A DNA stretch of 64,000 bases from Octopus vulgaris. Its lineage: Eukaryota. The translations under genes and the position numbers were made by a program. The notes under the pieces were generated by a model. The model was not told the DNA's origin. It searched no databases and saw nothing but the letters and a program-made list of their open reading frames with translations. This document shows, in pieces, positions 25,761 through 39,440 of this stretch (positions are counted from its first letter, which is position 1; each line of letters begins with the position of its first letter). The stretch covers positions 51,894,001 to 51,958,000 of the forward strand of contig OX597821.1 in NCBI GenBank assembly GCA_951406725.2. Direction: 5' to 3'.

Positions 25761-26804
25761 GAACAGCTGAGTGTCCATTGACGCTTGACATTAAATTCCA
25801 GTGAAGAATATCAATAAAATTTGCTGGAAATACTTTCTCTATTAATTCAAGAAAATAACATTCATTCATTGATTCTTCTCAGTTCTGAAGAAGAAAATAT
25901 CCAATATTTTCAGTCATATTAAGATGTTGTGACTGAAACCTCAAGAGGAATGACAATGGGCTGATAAATGAAGTGTCTTAATTTTAAACAAGTTGGTTGT
26001 CATTAACCTTGAGCTTGTCAGCAGTTTGTGTTGCCATCTTAGACTGTCAACGATTGAATTTGATGGCCCAATCAATAGTTATTTGGTACTTTTTATCGAG
26101 TGGTATAAGCTTAAGTATTTAAATGCAACTATCACAGAGAGTAAATAGATTTAATAAAATCTAATATAAAATATAGATCCTATGAGAGGAGGAGTATCAG
26201 AATTGCTCATTTCTTTCAAAATGTTTTGTGGTATTTTGTTAAAGCTCTTTATCCCTTTTAGCTACCTGATATGGTTCTTTGCTTCCTCCGTTTTCCACTC
26301 ATTTCAAACCCATTTTTTAATCTTTTAGTCAAGAGGAATAGCATCTTGTATAAATATCTTCTACAATAACCCCAGTCCAACAAAGCCTTGTAAGTGGATT
26401 TGGTTGACAGAAACTGAAAGAAACACTGTGTGTGTGTGTGTGTGTGTGTATGTATTTATGTATGCATATATACATAACACCAGCATATTTCCAAAACATT
26501 AGAGAAGTTATAAGGCATTCAATTTTCAAATATCTTCTTAGAGAGAGAAGGAGAGAGAGTATAATTTCAATATTGTAACTACATTCAAGTCTTTAATTCA
26601 GGTATTCAACTATGATAGGAATTAAAACTCTGAATTATGATACACCTACTACTCCTTGCATTATCACAGCCTCTACCATAGGAGTCAAATCTCACTCAAA
26701 ACAAACCCTACCATTTTAAAGCAGAATGGACAAAGAGTATCAAGAATAATATAGTCCCAGATATGCTAATTCTGGAAAAGTGAAAACAAAATGCCCAAAG
26801 TTTT

Positions 26805-27050
26805 AATACCTTTGATCATAGGCCTATGTATTGGACCAAGGCTGACCTAAGGCTAAACGACACCTTTGATCATAAGTCTATGCTATGACAGCAAACCTAG
26901 GACTAACCAACACTGTTGATCAGAGGTCTGTGCTGGATGCGGGCAGACCTGGGGCTAAACAAAACATTTGACAATAAGGTGGCCGAGAGCTAAACAACAT
27001 TGTTGATCAGAAGTCTGTGAGATGAATCAGGATGGATTTGGGGATAAAAG
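26805..27050. repeat. Degenerate ~40 bp tandem repeat
   Basis: Recurrent TTTGATCA(T/G)AGG(C/T)CT(A/G)TG...GACCT..GGCTAAAC. Confidence 0.65.
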
Positions 27051-27056
27051 AAGTCT

Positions 27057-27245
27057 TATGAGGAGGTGTTGCAAATATCCTGGTTTTAAGGGTATTGTGA
27101 AAGGCCTGGTTGGAAGCCCAACATTTTGAGTTCTTTTACAGGGCTTAGAAAACCTGAAGGACCATTACAATAAGTGTGTGAATCTGAGAGAGGAATATGT
27201 TGAATAAAATTTAATGAACTGATCCTCCTGTATCTTCTTTTACCC
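27057..27245 (+). mobile_element. Mariner-derived remnant
   Basis: TIR-like TATGAGGAGGTGTTGCAAATATCCTGG followed by FFYRA/GLENLKDHYNKCVNLREEYVE*, resembling a mariner C-terminus (KCV...GEYVE). Confidence 0.6.
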
Positions 27246-27364
27246 ATAGAATAGAATAAATGTATTCTTTGATCAGAAGTTTGTGGGCAGAATCAGGATT
27301 AAACTGGAGCTAAACCATAACTTTTATTAATGACATGTAACTCTTAAGGAATTTCCCAATAGTA

Positions 27365-27763
27365 GGTGCAGGCACGGCTGTGTGGTAAGTAGCTTGCTTA
27401 CCAACCACATGGTTCTGGGTTCATTCCTCACTGCATAGCACCTTGGGCAAGTGTCTTCTTCTATAGCCTCAGGCTAACCAAAGCCTTGTGAGTGGATTTG
27501 GTAGATGGAAACTGAAAGAAGCCCGTCGTATATATGTATATATATATATATATGTATGTGTGTGTATATGTTTGTGTGTCTGTGTTTCTCCCCACCAACA
27601 TCGCTTGACAACCGATGGGGATGTGTTTACGTTCCCGTAACTTATAGTTTTGGCAAGAATAAGTACTAGGCTTCCAAAGAATAAGTCCTGGGGTCGATTT
27701 GCTCAACTAAAAGGTGGTGCTCCAGCATGGCTGCAGTCAAATGACTAAAACGAGTAAAAGAGT
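27365..27763 (+). mobile_element. SINE family A
   Basis: Head, central microsatellite and tail as in the other copies. Confidence 0.88.
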
Positions 27764-27934
27764 AGTACTTTGATTTTATTAGATTCTTGGTTGCATTTTT
27801 GTTGGTTATGTCTATCTTTACAATCCTTTTTATTACGCTTACTTACTCTTCATCTCTCTCTTCTCTAGTTTTAATTGTGCCCTTTATTAGCCATTATTAC
27901 ATAATTATCCTCTTCTGCCTCCTCCTCCCTACAG

Positions 27935-28058
27935 GTATGTAGCAACTCAACTAATTAAAGGTGAAGCAGTAACAGCAAAATCTTACGAAAGTGTATCAAT
28001 CTACTTCAGTGACATTTGTGGTTTTACAGCAATGTCAGCAGAGAGCACACCTCATCAG
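27935..28058 (+). CDS. Receptor guanylyl cyclase exon, start of the catalytic domain
   Basis: Polypyrimidine tract plus acAG, donor GTaac. (K)[41 protein letters not shown] includes the first metal-binding Asp. 124 bp, in frame with the previous exon. Confidence 0.95.
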
Positions 28059-28197
28059 GTAACATTACTACTAATTTATTATTTTTATCCATTTTTTACT
28101 GGTTTCATCATTGAACTACAGCCATGCTGGGTACAAAGATGAAACAAATACAATAATAATGTCAATCACATTGAGAAATGTATTTAAAGCAGCAACG

Positions 28198-28950
28198 TAG
28201 GTGTGGCTCTGTGGTAAGGTTGGTTTCGCAACCACATAGTTCCAGGTTCAGTTCCACTGCATGGTACTTTGGGCAAGCGTCTTCTACTATAACCTCGAGC
28301 CAACCAAAGCCTTGTGAATGGATTTGGTCGATGGAAACTGAAAGACACCTATTGTGTGTATATATATAAGTTTATGAGTGTGTTTGTCCCCACCATTACT
28401 TGATAATCAGTGTTGGTTTGTGTATGTTCCCTTGAACTTAGTGGTTCAGCAAAAGAGACTTGATAGAATAAGTACTAGGCTTGAAAAAGTGAGTACTTGG
28501 GTTGATTTATTTGACTAAGACCTTTCACAACCGTTCCTCCCCATTGACTGAAACAAGCAGGAGTGACTGTGTGCAGGTATGGAAGTGGCTGCGTGGTAAG
28601 AGATTTGCTTCCCAGCCACATGGTTCCCGGTTCAGTCCCACTGCATAGCACCTTGGGCAAGTGTCTTCTACTATAGCCTTGGGCTGACCAAAGCCTTGTA
28701 AGTGGATTTGGTAGATGGAAACTAAAAGAAGCCCATCATATGCGTATGTGTGTGTTTGCTTGCCCCACCACCACCATCGCTTGACAGCTGTTGTTGGTGG
28801 GCTTATGTCCTTGTAACTGAGTGGTTTGGCAAAAGAGACCAATAGAAGATGTACTAGGCTTACAAAGAATAATTCCTGGGGTTGATTTGTTTGACTAAAG
28901 GCAGTGCTCTAACATTGCCTCAATCAAATGACTGAAACAAGTAAAAGAAT
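28198..28950 (+). mobile_element. Two tandem family-A SINE copies
   Basis: Copies at about 28198-28555 and 28576-28950. Confidence 0.82.
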
Positions 28951-30202
28951 AAATTATATATATATATATATATAATGTGTGTAAAGGGATAAAATTATCC
29001 AGGCAAGTATGATGGTAGCTCTCAGGTATGTTCCAGTTAATTGCTAACCTCATCAAGTAGTAATAAGTGTCAATGATCACTTAATATTAGCAATTACACT
29101 ATAACTCTTCTGTTGGGTAACTCTGAGTTTGCTTCCCTGGATTATGAATATTATCAGGAGTATACGTTTCAAACAGTTACAAAGAATACGGAGACTGGTA
29201 CATCATTGAATCTTCCTTTTAATATTACATTTCGTCATAATCATAATTATTTGGTCACAAATGACCAACACATGTTTCTGGTGCACAGAGTATTGCAGTT
29301 GCACATGCAACCCAGTATAATTTTCTGTGCACCTTCATTCAGGGTCTCTCAACAAGCATGGTTGAAAGTGAACCTTGTTTAGCATTCTGTTAATAAGACT
29401 CTATCTACCAAACCCATTCACAAGCCATTTGTTGACCTAAGGCAATAATAGAAGATACTTAATCAAGGTAACATGCAGTAGGACTGAACCTGAAACCGTG
29501 TGGTTTCAAAGAAAGGATGCATTTGATCATACCATACTGCATTGTACCTTGGGCAAGGGTCTTGCACCATAGTCTTAGGTTAACCAATTCTTTGTGAGTG
29601 AAATTTGGTTGATATAATTGACTAGATACGTCTCAAAGCTGTGCAGCAACATGGCTACTTTTCAATGGCTATAAGTAGTAATAGAAAAAAGAATAAACTA
29701 TATATATATATTCTTTATTGAATTGCAGAGGAGTATGGTTCTCTAAACAAGTTAATATAATTAATTTAGATCATTTGGTTATGTACTAGCAGGAATTATA
29801 ACATAGGTCACTGCTCAATGGTAGCACTTCATCATCATCAAAGAATGTCTTTAATTGAATGGAGGGAATGGTAGGGAAGATTTATCCTTTCATTTGTTTA
29901 TTTTTTGATTTGTTTATATCTGCATTATTTCAAGTGGTTTGTGGTTGACTTTAGCCTTTTGATGCTTTTAGATATTTTCAGCTCTATAAGTAGCTCCAAG
30001 CTTTAAAAGAATTAATAAACAACACTTAAATAGAAATAGTAGTAGTAGTAGTGGTGGTGGTGATGATGAAATTGTATTGTATGTTACATTTCCTCAACTA
30101 AAGATAGCTCTCAACTTAAAGGAGTAAATATAAAATATACATATATACATACATACATATATAAGTATATATATATATATATATACATACATATATATAT
30201 AT

Positions 30203-30243
<41 letters not shown>

Positions 30244-30393
30244 CATATATACATACATATATATATACATACATATATACATACATATATACATACATAT
30301 ATATATATATATACATCACTTTCCAAATACGATGATGGTGTTGGTGGTCGTGGTCGTGACTGGAATACCATTTATATATTTTTTCTTTTTCAG

Positions 30394-30462
30394 GTTGTGG
30401 ATCTCCTAAATGATCTTTACACAACATTTGATTCAATAATTGAAAACTATGATGTATATAAG
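30394..30462 (+). CDS. Receptor guanylyl cyclase exon
   Basis: Acceptor tttcAG, donor GTaagc. [23 protein letters not shown], 69 bp. Confidence 0.96.
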
Positions 30463-30508
30463 GTAAGCTTCATTGAATATGTATATAATAGTAACTATAC
30501 TGTGTATA

Positions 30509-30685
30509 GTGGAGGTACATGGCCTAGTGGTTAGAGCAGCGGACTTGCAGTTGAGGGATCGCGGGTTCGAATCTCAGACCAGGCGATGTGTGTGTTTATG
30601 AGTGAAACACCTAAGCTCCACGTGGCTCCGGCAGAAGGTAATGGCGAACTTCTGCTGACTCTTTCACCACAACTTTCTCTCACTC
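30509..30685 (+). mobile_element. SINE family C, 5' part
   Basis: GTGGAGGTACATGGCCTAGTGGTTAGAGC...GGGTTCGAATCTC; homologous to 5851-6148. Confidence 0.85.
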
Positions 30686-31161
30686 TGTGGTCACATGATC
30701 GAAGTTTGAACCTGATCATGCCAATTTTCTTTCTGGCTTTACAGTGTAAGCATGGCCGCACCACTAGCAATGTGCACCAAAGAAGAACTAAGAGCAGTGA
30801 TCCGATTTCTCTGGTCAGAATGTGTGTCAGGTGCTGAAATTCATTGGAGGCTTTTAGCTCAATACGGGGACAGTGCACTACTACATAGAAATGTATATGA
30901 ATGGATCAAGAAGTTTAAAAGTGGATGCTCAGGCATGACACATGAAGAGGGAGCCGGATGCCCATCAACCTCCACCACTGGTGAGAAGATTCAGCAAGCT
31001 TGAGAGATGGTAGAGATGAACCACTTCACCATTATCATCTCTTGGATCACTGCTCTTTGTTCTTCTTTGGGGCACATTGCTAGTGGAGCAGCCATGCCTA
31101 TACTGTAAAACCAGAAAGAAAAATGGGATGATCAGGCTCAATCTTCGATCATGGGACCACA
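30686..31161 (+). mobile_element. Mariner fold-back derivative: transposase N-terminal fragment bracketed by two inverted copies of the same 5' region
   Basis: ORF 30752-31003 (MAAPLAMCTKEELRAVIRFLW...EIH.RL..QYGD.AL...VYEW.KKFKSG..EG.G.PSTS) matches a mariner HTH. About 30686-30803 is reverse-complementary to 31043-31161. Confidence 0.85.
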
Positions 31162-31260
31162 ATAGTACCAACTATAAGCATGCATGTGCAGAAGGCAGTG
31201 TGACAATAATAAAGGCATATTATGGTGAAAGCACAGACACATATATACATGTACACGCAT

Positions 31261-31292
<32 letters not shown>

Positions 31293-31336
31293 TTATATAT
31301 ACATGTATTTATGTATGTTACTTTTTTATTCCGCAG

Positions 31337-31511
31337 GTGGAAACCATTGGTGATGCATACATGGTTGTATCTGGTGTTCCTATATTGAATGGTAACCTCC
31401 ACTGTAGAGAAATAGCCAGGATGTCTCTTGCCTTGCTGAAGGCTGTCAAAACATTCCGCATTCGACATCGACCAACTGAACAATTAAAGCTTAGAATAGG
31501 CATTCACACAG
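31337..31511 (+). CDS. Receptor guanylyl cyclase exon (VETIGDAY motif)
   Basis: Acceptor ccgcAG, donor GTaagt. [15 protein letters not shown]...LKLRIGIHT(G), with the guanine-specifying Glu and the second metal-binding Asp. 175 bp. Confidence 0.97.
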
Positions 31512-31903
31512 GTAAGTGTTTTAATACACACTATTGTTTTTTTCTCCCTCCCTCCTTCTTTCTCTCTCTCTCTCTCTCTCTGCATACATATGTGTATATG
31601 TGTGTATATCTATTTCTATATCTATCTAACTATATTTATCTATTACCTGTCTGTCTGTCTCAGTGTGTATGTATGAATATCAATGTGTTAAGTCTCCGTG
31701 TGTAGCAGCAAGTATTAACGCATGTTTAACAGTGTCTTACTACACACACACAATGTGTGTATGTATTTATATGCATGTTTATTTTGTATCAAGGCATCAC
31801 TAACTGTTGAATACTAGTCTGTATGTCTGATGTAGCCAAGTTTAACACAACCATCGCTTTGTTCTTGGGTACCTCTAGTAGAAATTATTCTCTCAGAAGC
31901 TTC

Positions 31904-31957
31904 TGACAAGATCTCTGGTCTATAGGTATGAAAATTTATAGGCCAGAGATCTTGTCA
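31904..31957. other. Short near-perfect hairpin
   Basis: TGACAAGATCTCTGGTCTATA / TATAGGCCAGAGATCTTGTCA, 21 bp stem with one G-U pair. Confidence 0.7.
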
Positions 31958-32465
31958 TATATCCTATATGGCTTACAGATATGGAGATCTTCTGCTTTCT
32001 TTCCACCAGGGTCAGGAGAACTACTAAAAGATCAGCAGCTTGGTTCTTCCTCCTCTAAGATAATAAACAAAATAACAAATGTTCAGAACTGAACTAACAC
32101 TTATTCTATGCTTTCTTAAGAAAAGAAGACAACTAAATTAGCCATACCTCTCTCTATGCTCACCTGACCATCCTAGGGCTGACTTGGAGCTAGGCATCAA
32201 CCAAAACAACATCATCAGAAATACCGTTACAAAGAGTTTAACTTGCTCATCTGTGACTGACTTATGTTTCTACACACCAGGAAAATCTGATGCCGTGGAA
32301 TTGGTTAAAATGAAAGAGTTTCTATCAAATGTAATGGAAAGTAACTTGGATTATATATTGAAACAGCAAAATATTTGTATAAAGCCATATCTAACACATT
32401 CAAGTGCATTTGGACATGAGAAGACACGCTGCTGCAGAAAGAGTCCTGGGAAAAATTTTATCTCT

Positions 32466-32615
32466 TAACCCTTTAGCATTTAAACCGGCCATATCCAGCC
32501 TAAATATTTTACCTGTTTTATGCTCAAACTGACCAGATCTGACCTCTTGCATCAACCCTACAATGTCATTTTAAAAATATACAAACACATCATCAATACT
32601 TTGAAGCTATCAGAT
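32466..32615 (+). mobile_element. piggyBac-like MITE end
   Basis: TTAA|CCCTTTAGCATTTAAAC terminus; reverse-homologous to the right half of 55167-55395. Confidence 0.6.
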
Positions 32616-35358
32616 TAATTGTAAAGGGCACTCAGTCCACTTTGTAGGATGGTTGGTGTAAGGAAGGGCATCCAGCTGTAAAAACCATGCCAAAACAGTC
32701 ACAACAGCCTGGTGTAGCCTTCTCCTGTCAAACTGTCTAACCCATGCCAGCATGGAAGGTAGACATTAAGCAATGATGATGATGGTGGTGGTGGTGATGG
32801 TGATGAGGATGATGATGATGATGATCTTTACATTTAGCAGAATAGTCTGAAGTGAAAACATATTTGGTTGTGAATGATGTTATTGGATTGTAGGATGCAT
32901 GCATTTCTACGTCCTTGAGAGAAATGCACGAGAACATGTTAAAAATGACTCTATATGAATATATTTTATACTACACTAATATATATATTTTATTCAGAGC
33001 TGTTTCATGTGACATTATTAGTCCAGTGAAGCACTTTTGTGTAACCAGTAAGTCGGCTGCCCGTTGTAGGTCAATGTTGACTGTTCTGTTCAGAAATCAT
33101 CTCTGGCAGGCTCAGATGTGGGTGATAAAGACTGTTCTTCATTTACAGTGGTAATGACATCTGCTGCCGAGAAACTATTTGATGCAATGGAGAAGTGATT
33201 CCTGCCACATGCTCTTTCATAGTCTCTCTGTTGTTTCTCCTCAATGGCTGGAATTACAGACTTCAGAGATCGGTGCCATTCATTGCACTGCAGTGTCTTC
33301 TCTTCCTAAGTGTCTGGGGAAACGCAGGAGATTTTCATGTGTCCCTTCCGCAGAGCCAGTAAGTAGCATCTGGGAAAATAAATCAGAAAGTAGAGTGTTG
33401 CTAAAAATAGGCAATTATTTATTTCAATTGTTTGGATAAACCAAAACCTTGTAATTAAAATTTGGAAGACAGAAACTGAATGGAAGCCTTTCATAAGATG
33501 TAGACCTTATCAATTTCCTTGTTTAACATGACCACCTGTTCACTGGATATCATGAGTCTACTCTGTTAATAAGTTCCTGATTATCAAACCCATTCAGAAG
33601 TCACTTGTTGACCTAAGGCTATTGTAGAAGATACTTACTCAAGGTACCATGCAGTAGGACTGAACCTGAAACCATGTGGTTGCAAAGTGTGCTTCTTCAC
33701 CACATAGCCATGCCTGCACATATGAAAACTATAGAATTCTCCATGAATTTGCATGTCTTGTATAGTACATGTACACACACACAAATATATATAAATATGC
33801 ACACACACTCACATATATATATACATATGTATACATATAGACACACATGTATATATACACAGATATATACACACATATACATACATATGTGCTCACACAC
33901 ACACATATTCACATTTACACAAATATATATATATATATACTTATACATACACATATATATGTACAAATAAATATATGTAATATATAAATCTATGTATACA
34001 TGCATATTCACACTCCTATTTATTTACATATGTGTTGGGGGTACATTGTGTGTACGTGTGTGTGTGTGTGTGTGTGTGTGTGAGTGTGTATGTGTGTGTG
34101 TGTATGTATACTATTAACAAACTTTTGAACAAGTCTATTTATCTATCAGACTGTATATATGTTGTGTGAGTGTGTACCATTAGGAGAAAGATCTCTTCAC
34201 TTACATGTGTATGTGTCTCTGGACCATTAACAAACTTCATAGCTTACAAATGTGTGTGTGTGTGTGTACCATTAGCAGGCCAATCATTTATCTTCGGACA
34301 AACGTCAAAGGGAAGATGGAATCAAAACCAGTTTATCATCATCTTTGATCACTACTGATTCAGTTTTTAGTAAAAGTCCATCCAAGGAATATCAAACAAC
34401 GATTCTGTTTAGAAGTGATAATTGAATATTTGACATAATTCCATTGTATTTTATTGGATTTTTGTTGAAGAAATGTAGTTGCGTCACAACCTTGCATTGT
34501 GGAAGCAGTCAGAGTTAGAACTTTTTGAAGTTAGTCTTCATAAAACTGGACAATGAAAGAACAAAACATGAAATCTTCAAACAGAACTCAGCTGTGTTGT
34601 GTAAATATGCAGATTATATTAATTATCTTCATATTCAGAATAGTTTTGGTTTGGTTAGGTTTAATATTATTCTAGTACTACTTTTAGTCATCATCATCAT
34701 CATCATTGTCATCATTTTAACAGCCACATTTTCATGCTTGCATGGGATGAATAAAATTTGTTGTGGAAGAATTTCCATGACTGGACACCCCCCCTGTCAC
34801 CAACCGTCGCCTGTTTCAAGTAATATTTCTCCATGATCAGACATGCTTTCATGGAAGACTGGACACAAAGAGACTTCTTGTATGATGGTGACATTTGTTT
34901 ATATCATGTGATGTGGAAGCAAGGTAACACCTGCACTCACCCACGTACACACACGCACACACACAAACACACACTTATAAATACAGTGGGCTTCTTTCAG
35001 TTTTCATCTACAAAATTACTGACAAGTCTTTGTCAGCCCAGTTCTTTATGGGGAGAAATGTATGCTATTAATTCTTGAAAGCCACTTTTTCTCAGTGCTT
35101 TCTGTATATTTTGTGTTATCATTATGCCAGTCTGTGAAATACTTCTAATAAAATTATTCATAATAGATCTAGGATGATTAGAATGTATGTGCATGTAATG
35201 TAGTTTTCATTTCAGCTTATAGTAAGATAGTGCGAGCCAGTGTTAAGATTAAGTGTACATTTAATATAAAGAAATATATATTTAAATATTTGTATATTCA
35301 TTTAATACATTCTAGATGTTTTAAAATATTTGCTATTTACTAATTTCTGTAATTGCAG

Positions 35359-35457
35359 GTCCTGTTTGTGCTGGGGTTGTTGGATTAAAAATGCCCAGAT
35401 ATTGTTTGTTTGGAGACACTGTTAACACAGCATCAAGGATGGAATCTCATGGCCATC
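35359..35457 (+). CDS. Receptor guanylyl cyclase exon ([18 protein letters not shown])
   Basis: Acceptor ttgcAG, donor GTaac. [33 protein letters not shown](P), with the GC-specific Cys and catalytic Asn/Arg. 99 bp. Confidence 0.97.
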
Positions 35458-36319
35458 GTAACTATCTTTTCACTTCTCCATACTTCTCTGCTTTGTCCTA
35501 GTAAAGAATTTAATCTTCAAATAAGTACTTCATGGGTTAGCTTTAGAATTGTATCAATTCCATTCTTGTATAGAAAAAACTGATGTCAAAACATTTGAAA
35601 ATTTACATATTCTAAACTTCTAAAGGATTTCATTCCATTGGTGAATGGAATGAAATTATTTAATGGTGTGTTTGGTGGGGGGTGCAGTTACTGCACATCT
35701 TTGATATGATGAATCCCACAAAATTTGGCAGTCTTTCTTGGACTCCACCCAATGAAGTGACCACACAAAGTAGTTGTTAAAAAATATTCAAATACATAAT
35801 TATTAAGAGTAATCTTAAATAATGTTATATGAAGATGAAAATTGCTACTTAATACTGCTGTAGGGTGTAGAAACATATGTTGTGATATACCATAAAAGAA
35901 TGTCAACCGTGTACTGAGTTCAAATTCTATCAAGGTAAACTTTGCCTTTCAACCTTTCAGGGTCGATAAATTAAGTACCAGTAGAGTACTTGGGTCGATG
36001 TAATTAACTAGTTCCCTCCCACAAAATTTCAGGCCTTGTACCTTTAGTAGAAAGGATTATTATTATATATATATATATAATATAATATAATATGATATAT
36101 ATATATATTTCCTAGTCTTCAGTATTACTCAATACTGTTATATATTTATATATTTAACTCTAAAAGTCAATACTACCATATTCTTAAAAAATTACATACC
36201 TCCTTAAACACCTCTCAGTGAAAAATTAATAAGCTTGCTAAAATAAGTTACTTTAAAATAAATTACTTACTAAACAATTTTTAATTAACATGCTATTGTT
36301 TTCTTTGAATTCATTCTAG

Positions 36320-36411
36320 CTTTGAAAATTCATGTAAGCCCTCAGTCAAAAGCGATTCTTGATAAGTTCCAGACCTTCATACTTGAATGCCGAGGACCTG
36401 TAGAAATGAAG
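36320..36411 (+). CDS. Receptor guanylyl cyclase exon
   Basis: Acceptor ttctAG, donor GTaatt. (P)LKIHVSPQSKAILDKFQTFILECRGPVEMK, 92 bp. Confidence 0.95.
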
Positions 36412-37619
36412 GTAATTCTTATAATATTAATCTTTTTTTTATTTGCAGGATTGTATTTTCACAGGTATTTATTTTATCAAAATTTTGGACAAATATTTAA
36501 ACTGGAAAACAATATATGGACTACAAAACACAAGTACAATATAGATATATGTAAACACAAACACACATACATACACAACCAGCTTAGTGGTTAGAGCACT
36601 GGCCTCACAACTCAGTAGTGAGTTTAATTCCAGGGCCAGGCTGTGAGTTGTGTTCTTGAGGAAGACACTTTATTTCACATTGCTCCAGTTAACTCAGCTG
36701 TGGAAATGAGTGGTGACATCACTGGTGCCAAGCTGTATCGGCTTTTACCTTTCCCTTGGATAACATCAATAGTGTGGAGAGGGGAGGCTGGTATGCATGG
36801 GTGACTGCTGGTCTTCCATAAACAATCCTGCCTGGACTTGTTCCTTGGAGGGTAACTTTCTAGGTGCAATTCCATAGTCATTCATGACTGAAGGGAGTCT
36901 TTACCCTTTACCCTTTATGAAGTCACTCAACCCATTAGAAATGAATAGGACAGAGGATAATATTGTCTAAAGTATACTATACCTAAAACAAGACAGGTAT
37001 AATGTCATAGTTGAAAATCATTTGATGATAGTTCTGTTGGATTAATGCCAACTTGGAGCTAAACAATAATACCATAATTAAACAGATGTATATTCAAATT
37101 GCTAATCCTGTTGTGTCTGGGGAGAGTCATTCTCTTTTAGTGCTTTATAATTTAACAAACTCACATTAAGAATCTTGCAAACCAAATCCAAAATCGAAAT
37201 AAATTGCTAATATTCTACCATAATGATAGACATAATTATGCACATTCCTTATATAGGTTCATATATATTGTCATCATTATAACATCCATTTTCTCTATGC
37301 TAACATTGCTTGAATGAAACATATTAACATACCCTTCCTGTCACCAACCCTTATTTGTTTTCAAATAAGGGTCTTATTGACCTGGTCTTCCACAAAATGA
37401 ACTGCTCATATGTCGGAAGTAAAAGTATTTGAATTATACCTGCGTTAAACTCCATTTATTTATTTATATATTATACAAAAAATTCCATGTAAACCTGAAG
37501 TTTCTACCTTTAAAAACAAGGAGTTACAGCCTCTTTACTTGTGTGATTTTTTGCTACCCTGGTAACTATTTATCTATTTTTTCCATGTTAATTGTTAACA
37601 AGGGAAAAATACACACATC

Positions 37620-37673
<54 letters not shown>

Positions 37674-39440
37674 TATAAAATTGCATCGTCATCAGTAGCA
37701 GCAATTAGTATCCATTTTCCATGCTGGCATGGTTGGACAGCTTGACAGGAACTAGCAAAGCCAGGTTCCATAGTCTGTTTTGGCTTGGTTTCTATGGCTG
37801 AATGCCCTTCCAAATGCCAACCAATTTACAGACTGTACTGGGTACTTTTTACATGACACCATTACCAGTGAATTTTACATGGCACAAGCCTGTGAAATGC
37901 ACTGGTGCATAGATGTATGTATGTATGTATGTATGTATGTATGTATGCATGCATGTACGTACATACATATGTACACACGCATGCATGTAGGTATAGGTGC
38001 ATGCGTGGATGTATTTCCTTTGGAACCATGTGCTTAGAGATTTGACCTTATTGCATGAATATTGTGTGCTGGGGTGCTATACCTTAGTCAAGAGTTGACC
38101 AGTAGTTTGTTTGTGGAATTGGTTGCCAGAAACTGTAGAAGCCTGATACACACACACATGCATACATGTATATATGTCTGTGCATGTGTGTTTGTGAGGG
38201 TTCATATTTCCTCTCAATTTCATGTGTGTTCACTGACTATAAGCAGTCTTGCTGTCTATACACGCAACATCTTTTACTTGTAGCCAATGGCGAAAGCATG
38301 TCTGGGATTGATGCCACATTAAAAGTACCCAGCACACATCGTAAAGTGGTTGGCACTAGGAAGGGCATCCAGCCATAGAAACCAAAGCCAAATCAGACTG
38401 GTATCTAGTGCAGCTCTCCTACTTGCCATTTCTGGTCAAACCGTCCAACCCATGCCACTATGGAAAATGGACATTAATAGATGATGATGCTGATGATGAT
38501 GATGATAATGATGATAATGCCACCACCACCGATGATGATACATTATATGATCTTTGTAAACAAAAGGCTCGCACTAATGGTCCATAGGTTCTAGCTCACC
38601 ATGTGACTATGTCCAAGCTGTTTGCTCTTAGAGTGACTGAGGGATTGTTACCTTGCTAAGAAAGAGGTGTGTATTGGCAACAGAAAGGCCATCCAGCCAT
38701 AGAAAATTTGCCTCAGTGAATTTTGTCTGGACCATGTTTGCATGAAAAAATAGATTTAAGAAAAAAAAATTATTATGATTGTGTGTATGTGTTATTATAT
38801 ACAATATATTTTTACTTTAGTAAACATGTTTTACTTTGACATTCAATGATGCAACATTTATTATCTAAAGGAGATAACCAGTAAGTACACAATCGATGAA
38901 TTGATGCACAAGAGAAAATTCTTAAACCACAATACTAAATACAAGACTGGAGATACTATGTGGTTTTTCAACTCATCATGTACAATATCACTAAAATCAA
39001 TAAGCAATGAAAGCAGATCACATATGATCAATGTGGTATATTGTTTTTGTTTTAAAAATAAAAGTAGCAAATGTTAGGAATACACGCTATATAGGTTATT
39101 CTCTTACCACACCATGCCATAAACCAACACTTGTAACAAACAAGCTAAACCTAAAATCAGTTAATAACTGAAATATTCTTGAATATTAGATGTAACTGTA
39201 TCTCAGCGAGGAACTGATACCATTATCCCAACACCACCATCCTTTTAAAGCCACCAAAACTATTCAAAAATATGAATCATGTGTTTAAACTATTCTCATC
39301 CAATCTGTTTTACTATGAAACATCACATTGCAGGCAAAAGCAGCCACTATGAACCAAGATTAGAAATAATTAAAAAGCCATTGATTATCATACAGTGAAT
39401 TGGGATTATATATTTTTGAATATTGAAAAATTTAATGATA

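Noticed and set aside
25880-25950. CTGAAGA...GAAAC with two small hairpins, a possible hammerhead
   Set aside because: No convincing stem I or stem III, and the topology does not fit.
33000-33380. Minus-strand PRCY....KGHMKISC, like a broken zinc knuckle of a LINE ORF1 or gag
   Set aside because: Motif incomplete and frame interrupted by stops; too weak to call without a search.
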